The notes: generated from the sequence alone by a model not told the origin. Positions 18,739 through 28,864 are shown, numbered from the stretch's first letter. The stretch: DNA of 33,981 nt from an uncultured virus (IMG/VR IMGVR_UViG_3300030116_004105) (IMGVR_UViG_3300030116_004105:62001-95981), one strand, 5' to 3'. Translations and numbers: made by a program.

Positions 18739-20130
18739 TTATTTAACTCCGTATTTACCTCCGTATGCTACAGGAAAAATTCTATTTAAAAGATCTCTTT
18801 GAAGTCCTTGTTGAGATAAACTTGTTGCGGTACCAAGTATTTGTGATAAACCTTGACTAAATGCAGGTGCAGGATTATTTTGCAGTGCAAATTGATCAGC
18901 CATCATTTCCCTTTGCATATTACCTTCCCGTGCTGCTGTTCTTTGTCCTATATTAAACAGATCTGTTTGTCTATCACTTTGTGCTTGCATTTGTCCTACT
19001 TGAGATAGGAAGTTGGCAGCATTGCTTTGAGACTGATTAAGTCCTGCTTGGAAGTTAGCTCTTAATCCTGTGCCTGAAACTCCTGACCCTTCTAAACCTG
19101 CTCTTAAAGTTGCTAAAGATCTATCTTGTTGCCCTAAATAAGTTTTAATTAAAGGATTAAAGTCTTGGTAGTCTTGCATTTCTGGTACAATTGGATCATA
19201 TTCTAACTCAGGCGCTTTTGCAAACAACCCTCTACCAATATTAAATAATCCAGGTAAGAACTGTGCAGCTGCTAATCCTGGAGACAATCCTGCCCCTTGA
19301 GCTAAAGCTGTAAAAGCAGCCCCTAACTGAGCCTCTTTAGGCTCTTGATCTATATTATTTTCTCTTTTAAATTCTTCTTGATCATCGAATAGATCTTTTA
19401 CATCTTCCATGATTCTAGGACGCATTCTTTCTGCTGTATTTCTATCAGATGCTTCACCACCCATAGCCATAGTATTTATCTCATCTAGTTCATTACCAAA
19501 CTTAGCAGCCATGTCAGCATATGTAGCGCCTCTCATACCTCCTACTTTTAGTTTATCAGAGAATACATAAGAAGGGCCGTCACCTTTCATCTTAATACCA
19601 ATACCACCTTCTGCATGCGATGGTCCACCAAGCATGTACATATTAGCACCCTTGTATTGTTTAGCTGTACCACCGTTATACATTTTATTTACAGCTATAT
19701 CACCTATAACAACTTCTCCACCTTCAGCTTCATAGTCTACATCCATAGATTTAGATTTAGATTTACCACCATACTTTCTATCATCTATACCGCTATCCAT
19801 ATACTGCTGCATAAACATATCCATGTCTACCGCCGGACCAGTGTATTGCTTCCCAACCAAATTGAGATCTCTAATCTCACCTTCAGTGTAAGGCTTTATT
19901 TTATTTCTTAGCTGTCTATTTAGCTGTAGGCGCTTCATCTCATCAAACATAAAACTAGGAAACATTGCATCTGCTAGCGCAGTACTATCTCTAGTAATAG
20001 CTTTTTGATAAGTTTCTAAATCATATGCAGGGTTACCTTCCATAAAATAGTTTGGCCCTTTGTACTGTAAATAGTCTGGTTGTTTTACAGGTGGATCCCC
20101 TCCGTTATCGTATTTATTTATTTTTTTCAT
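18739..20130 (-). CDS. Putative cargo protein with repeated xxGG motifs
   Basis: EAEGGEVV, GGPSHAEGGI and VFSDKLKV motifs; hydrophobic segment (AAFTALAQG..LPGLFNIG); Q-rich helical C-terminus; directly after the muzzle gene. ATG 20130 preferred over TTG 20139. Confidence 0.68.
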   Translation of the reverse strand: MKKINKYDNGGDPPVKQPDYLQYKGPNYFMEGNPAYDLETYQKAITRDSTALADAMFPSFMFDEMKRLQLNRQLRNKIKPYTEGEIRDLNLVGKQYTGPAVDMDMFMQQYMDSGIDDRKYGGKSKSKSMDVDYEAEGGEVVIGDIAVNKMYNGGTAKQYKGANMYMLGGPSHAEGGIGIKMKGDGPSYVFSDKLKVGGMRGATYADMAAKFGNELDEINTMAMGGEASDRNTAERMRPRIMEDVKDLFDDQEEFKRENNIDQEPKEAQLGAAFTALAQGAGLSPGLAAAQFLPGLFNIGRGLFAKAPELEYDPIVPEMQDYQDFNPLIKTYLGQQDRSLATLRAGLEGSGVSGTGLRANFQAGLNQSQSNAANFLSQVGQMQAQSDRQTDLFNIGQRTAAREGNMQREMMADQFALQNNPAPAFSQGLSQILGTATSLSQQGLQRDLLNRIFPVAYGGKYGVK

Positions 20131-20136
20131 AATTAG

Positions 20137-20168
20137 CAAATATATTCTATTTTATTATCTTCGAGAAA
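20137..20168 (-). promoter_or_regulatory. Candidate Bacteroidota housekeeping-sigma promoter for the cargo/RNAP genes
   Basis: Minus-strand TATATTTG (20144-20137) matches the -7 box TAnnTTTG in a short intergenic gap. TTTC (20168-20165) lies 20 nt upstream, a 3/4 match to the -33 TTTG. Confidence 0.45.
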
Positions 20169-23100
20169 TTCTAAATAAGGTTTTTACGTAATGTAATAGT
20201 AGTTTAGTAGCGGAGTCTGAAGATAACAATACTTTTAAATATGTATCTCTGAATCTATAGCCTCCCCCTGTTCTTGGAACAGGTAATTTTGTTAACTTTT
20301 CTTTTACTTCTTTATATGGAAAATATGCAGGATTACTTTGACTAATTAATTCTACTAGTTTTGTAGCAGTAGATGTTGAAAATATAGCCTCATTAATTAT
20401 ATCTTGCCCTGCTGTATCTGACTCTGCATACCATTCTAAATTATCAAATACTTTAGAATTTAAAGGATGCTTATTTACTATAAACTCAATTTCAGTTTTA
20501 AAACTAGTATCATACCAAGTGCTAGAAAGATAAGAGTTATGCTCAAATAGTTCATCTCTTTTACTTTGAATTGGATTTACAGACAATAGATTAGTTGGAG
20601 CATTTATATACATAGGAGTGTAAAAAGAATATCTTGATGTAAACTTATTTATATCCTCACTAAATACTATTGTTTCTCCTGCATTTACTATACCAGGATC
20701 AAAGATACTATACAAGACTTCATTATTTTTATAGTCATATCCTAAAACTATTTTAGGAAAATTGTTTACAATCTCATCACTAGTTAAACTAAATAAAGAT
20801 TTAACTCCATGTGTATCTGATATACTTTCTAGACCGTTTGCTCTAAAAGCATATGCTTTTTTATTATTTGAATCAAACCAGTACAGTCCTCTAGGAGTTC
20901 CAACTACAGCTTTAAAAGAATTACACCCTATATTATTTGATATATACTGAAAGTCTTGTATAACAGATCCAGTTCCTAAAATAATAGAAGCTCCATCATT
21001 ATCAACAACAGTAGACACAGGATTTATAGATAATTTACCAAATCCATAGTCTTGTAGAAAATACATTATGTCGTTATTAACGATTAACTTATTTATAGAT
21101 CCTTTCAAACCTTCTAAATCTTTATAATTTTCAAGTCTAAATTTTCTCCAAGAATCCATTGCTGAGTTGTTTATTTTTGCATCAGAGTATATAACTCTAG
21201 AATCAAATTTAGATGTCTCAACAAAGTTTAAAGGTTTAGGTAAAAACGCTTCAACATTATTTTCAATAGAGTAACAAGTTTCTAAATCAAATGTATTTAG
21301 TTTAGTGTCTGTGTCTATATCCCAATCTGTTTTATTTGCAAAATGCCACCCTCCTCGTATTGTAGTATTGAAATATGTTTCTACAGGAAAAGCATAACTA
21401 GTAGATTTAGTATCATAATATTCAGAAACAGGATCGTTTGTTGTGTTAAATAAGCCACCATCACCAATATCTCCTGACGCTCTTCTTATTTTTTCTATGT
21501 CGTACATAACAACATAAGTATCTCCTCCCCAAACATCATGTCTACCAAACTCATCTACTTGATCAGGTTCATTTATATTTATTAATGGCCCTGCTGGTAT
21601 ATAAAGATTATTTCTTCTTGCTTGCTCAGTGTTACCTCCATATTGAGCACTTAGTATTCTTTTTACAGAAGCTAAAATTTTACCTCTACCATTTTTAGCA
21701 ATGTTTGTACTTGCAGTATTAAAAAATGCTGTGATTATAGGAGAATCTAGCGAGTCTAAATTAAAACCATATTCATCTAGTCTAACAAATAAAGTTTCTT
21801 CTCCTACACCAGTTACATAATGGTTGTTTGCTGTGATAGTGGTGCTTGAAAATGCTTTATTCCATAGTCCAATGTTTGTTTCTTCATTATAGTTTGAAGT
21901 TTCTCCAAAAAAATCAGTTCCAGGTACATCAATATTTTCACCTGGCTCTAATTTTGTAGAGAACTCTACTCCTATTTTTGAACTATCAAAAAAATCTGAA
22001 TTAAGAGCTAATGTATGAGAACTAAATATAGCAGCTTCTCCTTTTGCTCCTCCTAAAAAATTATTATCAATTACACCTGTAACACCCCCTATAAATTCTA
22101 TGTAATTACAATTCCCTGCTGGGTAAGAATTACCAAATGCAAAGTCTGGAGAATCTATAGTAATATTTCTTCTGTGTGAGTCTGTAACTTGTGCAGCAGT
22201 TCCAGTACCACCTATAGGAGCTCCAATACCAGAACCAAAATCTCCAAAATCTTCTGGGTATCCTAAACGATTTCCAGTACTACTATTGTTAAATCCTATA
22301 TATATGTGTTGTTGTTGCGCGTCCCACCATTGAGGCATAAAATTAATAACTCCTGTACCAAGAACTGTTCTATCTCTATCTTTTCTTTCTACTCTAACAA
22401 TTCTATAACCACTAATTTTATCTTCAAGCTCTTGGGGAATATTAACTGTAAACTTAATACCTAAAGCATATAAAGTATTTTTAGCAGAACTATTAAAATT
22501 ATCATCATTAAAATTATAACTACTATTAACTTGATCATACCCGCCATTGTTATCAGGATCATAATATTCCATGTTTGCATAAGCGTTGATGTCACTTTCT
22601 GTATGATTATAATTAACTCCAGAACCAGTATCACTAGTTTGAGCTAATGTATAATTATATATCCCTCCGTACAACCCGTCTTTGTGATCGTAGTCTCCAT
22701 AGTTTGGAAACTTAATATCACCTATCCAATTTACAAATCCTGGATTACCGTATTTATCGTATAGTACAACCCCAAATCTATATATTTCATTTCTATGATA
22801 CCCTACAAATTCAGATGCATTTCTTGGAGATTTATAATCTCCTTTAAAAAGAGTATCATCATCATCACATCCAGCTTGATAAAAGTTTGATTTAACAAAG
22901 GGAGCTTGATCAGGTATTGATGAAGATGAGTTACCATCTAATTGTTTTTTAAAAAATTCATACTCTACGTTTGGCCCTTCTCCACCTAAAGTTATTCCAT
23001 CTTTTTTAAATTTATAATGTAGTTCTCCAGGAATAGCTTCTTCACTATCTATGTTATAAGGGTTAATAGCATCTATATTTTCTTGTTGTGAATAGGTAAA

Positions 23101-24354
23101 ACTTCCTTGTAAGTTTATAGGATCAAAGTTTTCATCTACATATGTAGTCATTTCTCCATCAACTTCAGACTCTTCTAAACTGAGTCTTGGGTATTTTTCT
23201 CCATCAGGTCTTACATATCTATAAGCTCTAGCATTAAACTCTAAATCAAAAGCAGAATATTCTAATCCGCCCATAAAAAGTCTATTATCTTTAGCTTCTA
23301 TTGTTTTAACCTTAGATGGTAGATCTATTATTTCTGTTATTTCTTCTGCTAACAGAGCTTCTCCAATACTAGTTTCATGTATAATTTCTACTTCTGTAGA
23401 GTTTAATATAACTTCTTCTACTATATAAGCACTATTTATAGAATTTTTAGCTGTTCTATATATTGCTGCAAGTTCTAAAGAATCATAATCATCATCGATA
23501 TTTTCTATACGTACATAAACAGCCTTATCAGTTGCATCTCCTGCAATTGTATTGCTGTATTCGTTTTGGTTTTCTGGATCTTCTTGGTAATTCCAGTACA
23601 AGGAACCATCTACTATATGTATACCATTAGATAACGGTGAGAATCTTGATACTAGTCCTTGTTTTGTTTTTAGCCTATACGCATACTGATATGTTCCTGC
23701 AATTAAGGCTCCACTACCATCAACTTTAGTTACTTTTGGAGAAGTAAAATTTACTGGAACATTTAAGGATAACTCTTCTGCTGGTAAATTTTCTAATTCA
23801 GCAGATTTTATATTTAAAGTTCTAGCTGGATTTAAATTATCTGTCCAATAAACCCTTTGTATATTTTCAGATTCATATATACCTACAGCTTCAATAGGGT
23901 AGTCAAAATTAAAATTTAACTCCTCAGACACATATATTACTTGAGCTGCCTCACCATAATTATTTAAGTCAACTGTATATATTAAATCTACCTTTACATC
24001 TTGTGCAAATATTCCACCCTCAAAAAGAGTTCCTGTTCCTATAGCATATAAGATTAATGTATTTCTTATTGTTGTGTGTCCTATTATAGATACGTCTAAA
24101 TGTTGAAAGTCCTGAGCAATAGGTACAAATACTCCATTTATTAGGCTAAGTTCATAATTATAAGGATATAGGTATCTAAGAGTTTTTATTTTTTCATTAC
24201 CATCTACAGTAGCAGCTATTGCAGATTCTCCTTCACGTCCCCCAGAAACAATTCTTATATTTTTAGCATCTGTATAAGATCCATCTTGTGGTATAGTAGA
24301 ACCTAAATCTGATTGTAGGCCGTTTTGAAATGTATTTATATGCTGATCTTTCAT
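20155..24354 (-). CDS. Tail stabilisation / muzzle protein (P22 gp10-like, crAss-type)
   Basis: 1399 aa. N-terminal NTFQNGLQSD..DAKNIRI; YESENIQRVYWTDNLNP; YQYAYRL; EIYRFGVVLYD; C-terminal KVFDNLE..RFRDTYLKV. Follows the tail tubular gene with a TAATG overlap. Confidence 0.82.
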   Translation of the reverse strand: MKDQHINTFQNGLQSDLGSTIPQDGSYTDAKNIRIVSGGREGESAIAATVDGNEKIKTLRYLYPYNYELSLINGVFVPIAQDFQHLDVSIIGHTTIRNTLILYAIGTGTLFEGGIFAQDVKVDLIYTVDLNNYGEAAQVIYVSEELNFNFDYPIEAVGIYESENIQRVYWTDNLNPARTLNIKSAELENLPAEELSLNVPVNFTSPKVTKVDGSGALIAGTYQYAYRLKTKQGLVSRFSPLSNGIHIVDGSLYWNYQEDPENQNEYSNTIAGDATDKAVYVRIENIDDDYDSLELAAIYRTAKNSINSAYIVEEVILNSTEVEIIHETSIGEALLAEEITEIIDLPSKVKTIEAKDNRLFMGGLEYSAFDLEFNARAYRYVRPDGEKYPRLSLEESEVDGEMTTYVDENFDPINLQGSFTYSQQENIDAINPYNIDSEEAIPGELHYKFKKDGITLGGEGPNVEYEFFKKQLDGNSSSSIPDQAPFVKSNFYQAGCDDDDTLFKGDYKSPRNASEFVGYHRNEIYRFGVVLYDKYGNPGFVNWIGDIKFPNYGDYDHKDGLYGGIYNYTLAQTSDTGSGVNYNHTESDINAYANMEYYDPDNNGGYDQVNSSYNFNDDNFNSSAKNTLYALGIKFTVNIPQELEDKISGYRIVRVERKDRDRTVLGTGVINFMPQWWDAQQQHIYIGFNNSSTGNRLGYPEDFGDFGSGIGAPIGGTGTAAQVTDSHRRNITIDSPDFAFGNSYPAGNCNYIEFIGGVTGVIDNNFLGGAKGEAAIFSSHTLALNSDFFDSSKIGVEFSTKLEPGENIDVPGTDFFGETSNYNEETNIGLWNKAFSSTTITANNHYVTGVGEETLFVRLDEYGFNLDSLDSPIITAFFNTASTNIAKNGRGKILASVKRILSAQYGGNTEQARRNNLYIPAGPLININEPDQVDEFGRHDVWGGDTYVVMYDIEKIRRASGDIGDGGLFNTTNDPVSEYYDTKSTSYAFPVETYFNTTIRGGWHFANKTDWDIDTDTKLNTFDLETCYSIENNVEAFLPKPLNFVETSKFDSRVIYSDAKINNSAMDSWRKFRLENYKDLEGLKGSINKLIVNNDIMYFLQDYGFGKLSINPVSTVVDNDGASIILGTGSVIQDFQYISNNIGCNSFKAVVGTPRGLYWFDSNNKKAYAFRANGLESISDTHGVKSLFSLTSDEIVNNFPKIVLGYDYKNNEVLYSIFDPGIVNAGETIVFSEDINKFTSRYSFYTPMYINAPTNLLSVNPIQSKRDELFEHNSYLSSTWYDTSFKTEIEFIVNKHPLNSKVFDNLEWYAESDTAGQDIINEAIFSTSTATKLVELISQSNPAYFPYKEVKEKLTKLPVPRTGGGYRFRDTYLKVLLSSDSATKLLLHYVKTLFRISRR

Positions 24355-25271
24355 TATCTATTAAAATTTCGTCTTATTTCTGGAGATACTTGAGTTGCAA
24401 AAAATGTTTCATGTGCATTTATATTAGGAAGCAATCGCATCACTTGATTCTTAATACCTTCTAACTGATCTATACTTGGCATCTTAGCTTTATTACCTGC
24501 TTGTCCTACATACCATTGCCACTCTTGTTCTGAGTGTTGGAATATATCAGATCTAAGTTCACCTCTTCTCCAAGCTATATAATCTATCTTCATTGTAAGA
24601 TATTTTTTTATAGCTAGTTGGTAGCTTGTATCTTCAGGTATTAAAGGTAGGCCATCATCATCAGTTGGCACTGCTAAATATGCTATACAAACATTACCTT
24701 CTTTTACAGATAATGTAATATGATTATTATTTATATCAAAAGTAATTCTTCTATTTTCTTGGGCTCCTCCATTTCCTAAGTAAAATTCTTGAGTACCATC
24801 AGACATCAAGTTAAGATTCTCCATGTCTTCTAAGTCTCTGGCTTGATAGGAGTATGATTGAGTTTCCTCATCATATGTAAGAACATCTTGCCCCCAGTTC
24901 CTTGTAATTATTTGCTCACTATTATAGTATAACCCTGAGCTCATATCTTCTTCTACGCCACAACAATCTCCTGATAGTAAATGATGAAAGGTATTGCTGG
25001 CATACTCAGCAGGTCTACCATTTACAGCTATCTGTTCTAGTTGATAAAAATCACAAGGTAAATGCGCTCTGTAATCTTTTATAGCAAGATCAGGATTGCT
25101 TTTATGTCCAGTTACTTTTCTTATGTATTGTCTAGGGTGCCCTATTAAGTTAAGAGCCTCTTCTGTCCACTGCATACAATCAACCCACGGTAATTCAAAT
25201 TGATAACCGTTGTCAGCATATACTTGCTCCATGATTGCTTTTAGTGATATATATTTTCCGTTTAGTGCCAT
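24354..25271 (-). CDS. Tail tubular / ring protein (P22 gp4-like)
   Basis: 305 aa. W..EALNLIG, AHLPCDF, IAYLAVPTDDDGLPLIP and WQWYVGQA motifs; immediately upstream of the muzzle gene. Confidence 0.8.
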   Translation of the reverse strand: MALNGKYISLKAIMEQVYADNGYQFELPWVDCMQWTEEALNLIGHPRQYIRKVTGHKSNPDLAIKDYRAHLPCDFYQLEQIAVNGRPAEYASNTFHHLLSGDCCGVEEDMSSGLYYNSEQIITRNWGQDVLTYDEETQSYSYQARDLEDMENLNLMSDGTQEFYLGNGGAQENRRITFDINNNHITLSVKEGNVCIAYLAVPTDDDGLPLIPEDTSYQLAIKKYLTMKIDYIAWRRGELRSDIFQHSEQEWQWYVGQAGNKAKMPSIDQLEGIKNQVMRLLPNINAHETFFATQVSPEIRRNFNR

Positions 25272-25286
25272 ATTATTTTATTTTAT

Positions 25287-27764
25287 TTAAGGTACAGAGT
25301 CATATTCTGCACTAGTTCCTAATAAAGTATTATAATCCCACTCTATTACTGTTGTTGCATATATAAATGTATTACCCATTACATCTGCGCTAGCCTGTAT
25401 TGATACTGCAAATTTTTCTGTACTTTCAAAATGTTTATCATTGCTAAATCCAAAGTGTAAAACATGGTTGTCATCTGTAGATGTTATAGGTAAAACTTCA
25501 GACTCTTCTAAAGTCCAACTAGATAAACTTGTTCCAGAAGTGTTTGGACCTATAGAGTAAACTTTAACTGTAAGATCACCAGAACCTGTGACACTCATAA
25601 TACTTAATGAAACAGAAACCACTCTACCATCGCATGGAGCTAGTAAAGCTACATCATCTTGATAAACTTGAGCTTGTTCAAATGTTGTACCATGTATAGG
25701 CATAAAAACTTCAGAAGTACCAAAATCATCTACAAAGTTAGTTGGAAATACTTGATACTGTTTACCTGTAATACTTCCTGTAACATCTAAATTAGCCCTA
25801 ACGTGAGTATTTGCACTACCATCAAATGTAATTGCTGCATTACCACTTGAATCTTTTATATCGTTACCTGCTACAATTATATCTCCTGCAAAATAACTAT
25901 CTCCAGAATGAATTTTAAGAGCATAATTATTAGTAATAGTTTGATTAGTACTTGCAAATGGAGCTCCTTTTATAAATACAGTAGCAGCATCGGTAGTTGT
26001 TACAGATGCATTTGTAGCAAATAATCTAGGATTTTCAAAAGTTATATGATTGTAGGTACTTGCTGTTCCTGATGCAGATGTAGCATTATCTGTTATATCC
26101 ATAGCATCAACATGTATTGCTGCACCATCTGCGCTTGGTGTTACATTTCTATCACCGTCTAATATTATTCCCTTTTCAAATGTTTTAGTCCCAGTAAATG
26201 TTTGACTAGTAGATAAGTGTGCAGTATCTTGATCTAAATATGCACTAGCAATGGCAGTGCCTTGCCAAGTACCAGAACTTATTGTACCAACACCTGTAAT
26301 ATTAGATTGATTAGCGACTTGTAAAACCCCGCTGTTATCAGCAAATAAAGTAGAACCGACTACAATAGTACCATTAATAGTAGTTACAGATGCCGCTCCA
26401 TTACCTAAAGTAACATCTACTTCGTCTTCTACATTACCACTATCTAACTTTAAACCAGGCTGTAGTTCTCCATCATGACTTGCTACACTAAGTGTTAATC
26501 TACCTTCTTCAGAACCATCTGCAGCTACTTGTATTTCACCTAATACTTGAGCATATGTATGTGGACCGTTTCCAGAATCATCTTCAGCATCAAATTTTAT
26601 TACACCAATATCATCACCATCTGCTCCAGCTGTAGCTGTTCTATCAAATATAAGTGAAGGGGCTTCTGCGTCAGAATTAGTATTTGATATATACACTGCA
26701 GGCCTAGCACTAGTTGAAGAAGCAATAACAAAATTACTACCGTTAAAGGTAAGATTGTTATCTGCAGTCAAAGCACTTGTACCATTACCTCTTAAAATTT
26801 GACCGCTTGTAAATGTAGTAGAACCAGTACCACCGCTTCCTACAGGAACAGTACCGCCTGTTATTTCTTGACCTGATAAACTTAAATAATTTGTATTAGC
26901 TAATGTAACTGCATCATGATCCCTTGCTGCTATATCTACACCATCTACTGTTCCTGTAACAGTTATGTTACCAACAAAATTAGCTGCTACATCTGTTAAT
27001 GTTAAAATACGTGTAGCAGGATCACTGTGTTGAGTAGATCCGCTTGATACTGAGCTAGCAACAGAAAATCTTATTTCTCCTGCATCAGCCTCTCCTGTAC
27101 CTAATCCGCTATGAAATCTTAAGTTACCTCCATCTGAATTTGTACCTGAACCACTCCCTGCTCTAATAACGAGCTGTCCGCCTGCACCAGTTGAACTTTT
27201 ACCTTTTCTTTGTATTGTTATTGAAGTAGAATCATCTCCTCCTAATTCTAAAATATCACTTCCAAAAGTCAACTCAGACTCAGATGTAACAGTACCATCA
27301 CCATCATCAGTTAGTAATTGATTAGCTGATCCGTTTACACCTGCGCCATGCAAGTCTGTAATATTGTCAGCATGCACTGTTCCTGTACCACTTTGTGTTA
27401 AATCTGGAGGTATAGTATCAACAACTAAGTCTATAGTGCCATCGCTATCTTCATATGTAGCTGCTATTCTAGTCTCAGTATTTGATGTGAACATAGCTCC
27501 TACAATGTCTTGTATTTCTTCTTCAGTTTTTCCTCCACCCGAAGCATACTTAACAACATCACTACCATCCAATACAAGAAATTTAGTAGAACTAGATACA
27601 TCACTCTGTACACCCTCTAATTTTATAGGGTCAGCAGCATCCTTCACATGTAATTTATGTGTAGGAACTTTTGTCCCAACACCCACTTTAAATAAAGTAA
27701 ACATGTCAGAAGATTTAAGCCGTACCTGTTTCCAGAATGATATTATTTTATCTTTTATTGCCAT
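25287..27764 (-). CDS. Tail fibre / spike-like protein
   Basis: 825 aa, G/S/T/D-rich. Fibre-type motifs VGVGTKVPTHKLHV, VPVGSGGTG, NITGVGTISSGTWQGTAI and QTFTGTKTF; distinct C-terminal beta domain. Confidence 0.72.
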   Translation of the reverse strand: MAIKDKIISFWKQVRLKSSDMFTLFKVGVGTKVPTHKLHVKDAADPIKLEGVQSDVSSSTKFLVLDGSDVVKYASGGGKTEEEIQDIVGAMFTSNTETRIAATYEDSDGTIDLVVDTIPPDLTQSGTGTVHADNITDLHGAGVNGSANQLLTDDGDGTVTSESELTFGSDILELGGDDSTSITIQRKGKSSTGAGGQLVIRAGSGSGTNSDGGNLRFHSGLGTGEADAGEIRFSVASSVSSGSTQHSDPATRILTLTDVAANFVGNITVTGTVDGVDIAARDHDAVTLANTNYLSLSGQEITGGTVPVGSGGTGSTTFTSGQILRGNGTSALTADNNLTFNGSNFVIASSTSARPAVYISNTNSDAEAPSLIFDRTATAGADGDDIGVIKFDAEDDSGNGPHTYAQVLGEIQVAADGSEEGRLTLSVASHDGELQPGLKLDSGNVEDEVDVTLGNGAASVTTINGTIVVGSTLFADNSGVLQVANQSNITGVGTISSGTWQGTAIASAYLDQDTAHLSTSQTFTGTKTFEKGIILDGDRNVTPSADGAAIHVDAMDITDNATSASGTASTYNHITFENPRLFATNASVTTTDAATVFIKGAPFASTNQTITNNYALKIHSGDSYFAGDIIVAGNDIKDSSGNAAITFDGSANTHVRANLDVTGSITGKQYQVFPTNFVDDFGTSEVFMPIHGTTFEQAQVYQDDVALLAPCDGRVVSVSLSIMSVTGSGDLTVKVYSIGPNTSGTSLSSWTLEESEVLPITSTDDNHVLHFGFSNDKHFESTEKFAVSIQASADVMGNTFIYATTVIEWDYNTLLGTSAEYDSVP

Positions 27765-27765
27765 A

Positions 27766-28074
27766 CTAGCATCTACATCTCCAACGTCTTAATGACTGAT
27801 TGATTCTTGAATTTCTATCTCTTGCTGTTTTAGCACTAGTTCTTCTTCTTTTCATACCACACATTCTAGAACAAAAAGACTTTCTTCTCTTTGCTGCTTT
27901 ACTTCCTTTCTTTACATCACCAGTTACAGCGGTCTTTAGTTTTGATCCAGGGTTAGCTCTACGATAGGCTTTTACACCTTTCTTGGTCATACCTGCGCCT
28001 TTTTTAGTAGGTCTAAAATTACCAGACTTTACACTAGTTTTTATACCCATACCTTTTCTTTTAGTTGCTGCCAT
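27766..28074 (-). CDS. Small very basic protein, DUF6321-like
   Basis: 102 aa, K/R-rich. GMTKKGVKAYRRANPGSKLKTAV..RRKSFCSRM..SRINQSLRRWRC resembles the phage DUF6321 pattern (from memory). Confidence 0.7.
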   Translation of the reverse strand: MAATKRKGMGIKTSVKSGNFRPTKKGAGMTKKGVKAYRRANPGSKLKTAVTGDVKKGSKAAKRRKSFCSRMCGMKRRRTSAKTARDRNSRINQSLRRWRCRC

Positions 28075-28076
28075 AA

Positions 28077-28397
28077 TTAGTAGCCCCCTCCCCCTGAGTA
28101 TCCTCCTCCAGATCCACCTGAAGACGTAGTAGTTCTAGTAACTGTAGGAGTTGCAGTTCTAGTCGTAGTTCTAGTTGTAGTCCTAGCTGTTCTAGTAGCC
28201 GTAGTAGTTTGTGTTGCTGCCCCTTCCATATCTGTAGGATGAGTGGTTCTATACTCCATCATAACATAAGGACTTGATTTATCTCCATTAGTTAATGTGT
28301 GAGCAGTGTAAGCTCCTGTCATTAAATAGAAGTTACCATTCTTTTTTACCATAAAGTGGTACCCTTCCGGTGCAAATACTTTTGTTTTTTGTGCCAT
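28077..28397 (-). CDS. Hypothetical protein with Thr/Arg-rich and Gly/Tyr low-complexity tail
   Basis: 106 aa. N-terminal APEGYHFM domain, then TTTATRTARTTTRTTTR..SSGGSGGGYSGGGGY; tightly packed between neighbours. Confidence 0.7.
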   Translation of the reverse strand: MAQKTKVFAPEGYHFMVKKNGNFYLMTGAYTAHTLTNGDKSSPYVMMEYRTTHPTDMEGAATQTTTATRTARTTTRTTTRTATPTVTRTTTSSGGSGGGYSGGGGY

Positions 28398-28399
28398 AA

Positions 28400-28864
28400 T
28401 TACATAAAATAATCTAGTTCTCTATTTTTATCTTTTAATATACCTGCTAGAGTTCTTGTATTTGTTCTTGTTGGAATAAAAGAGTATGCTGTTATATTTT
28501 TAACTATACCTTTTGTCCAATAGAATCTATACTTATATCCACCAGTATGATCATTTAGATGATAAATTCTTTTACCTAGTTTTCGACTAGCTGCCCAATC
28601 AATCTTAAGTTTATTTTTATCATCATATTTCATTTTAGACTTTTTTATTCTTATTGTTCCTAGTCTATAAGGAAGTCTCATTTCTTCTGAGTTTACTAAT
28701 ATTTCATCAATAAATAATTTATTAAACTCATCACATATTTTTCTAAACTTTTGTTTATCAACCTGTAATTCAGGTATTACACTATTCTTATAATGTGTGT
28801 ATACATCATTAGATCCAAAATCTTTTTTATAGTTACCTTCCCCTCTTTTTGAATTTTCAAACAT
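28400..28864 (-). CDS. HU/IHF-like DNA-binding protein (crAss late-module type)
   Basis: Helix then EMRLPYRLGTIRIKK (HU-like) and YSFIPTR; KIDW..S and YRFYW. Position among tail ring genes as in crAss-like phages. Confidence 0.75.
   Translation of the reverse strand: MFENSKRGEGNYKKDFGSNDVYTHYKNSVIPELQVDKQKFRKICDEFNKLFIDEILVNSEEMRLPYRLGTIRIKKSKMKYDDKNKLKIDWAASRKLGKRIYHLNDHTGGYKYRFYWTKGIVKNITAYSFIPTRTNTRTLAGILKDKNRELDYFM

Noticed and set aside
2194..24354. Inteins or introns explaining the large gene sizes
   Set aside because: No intein splice motifs, LAGLIDADG/HNH domains or frame interruptions recognised by eye; an HMM scan would be needed to exclude them fully.
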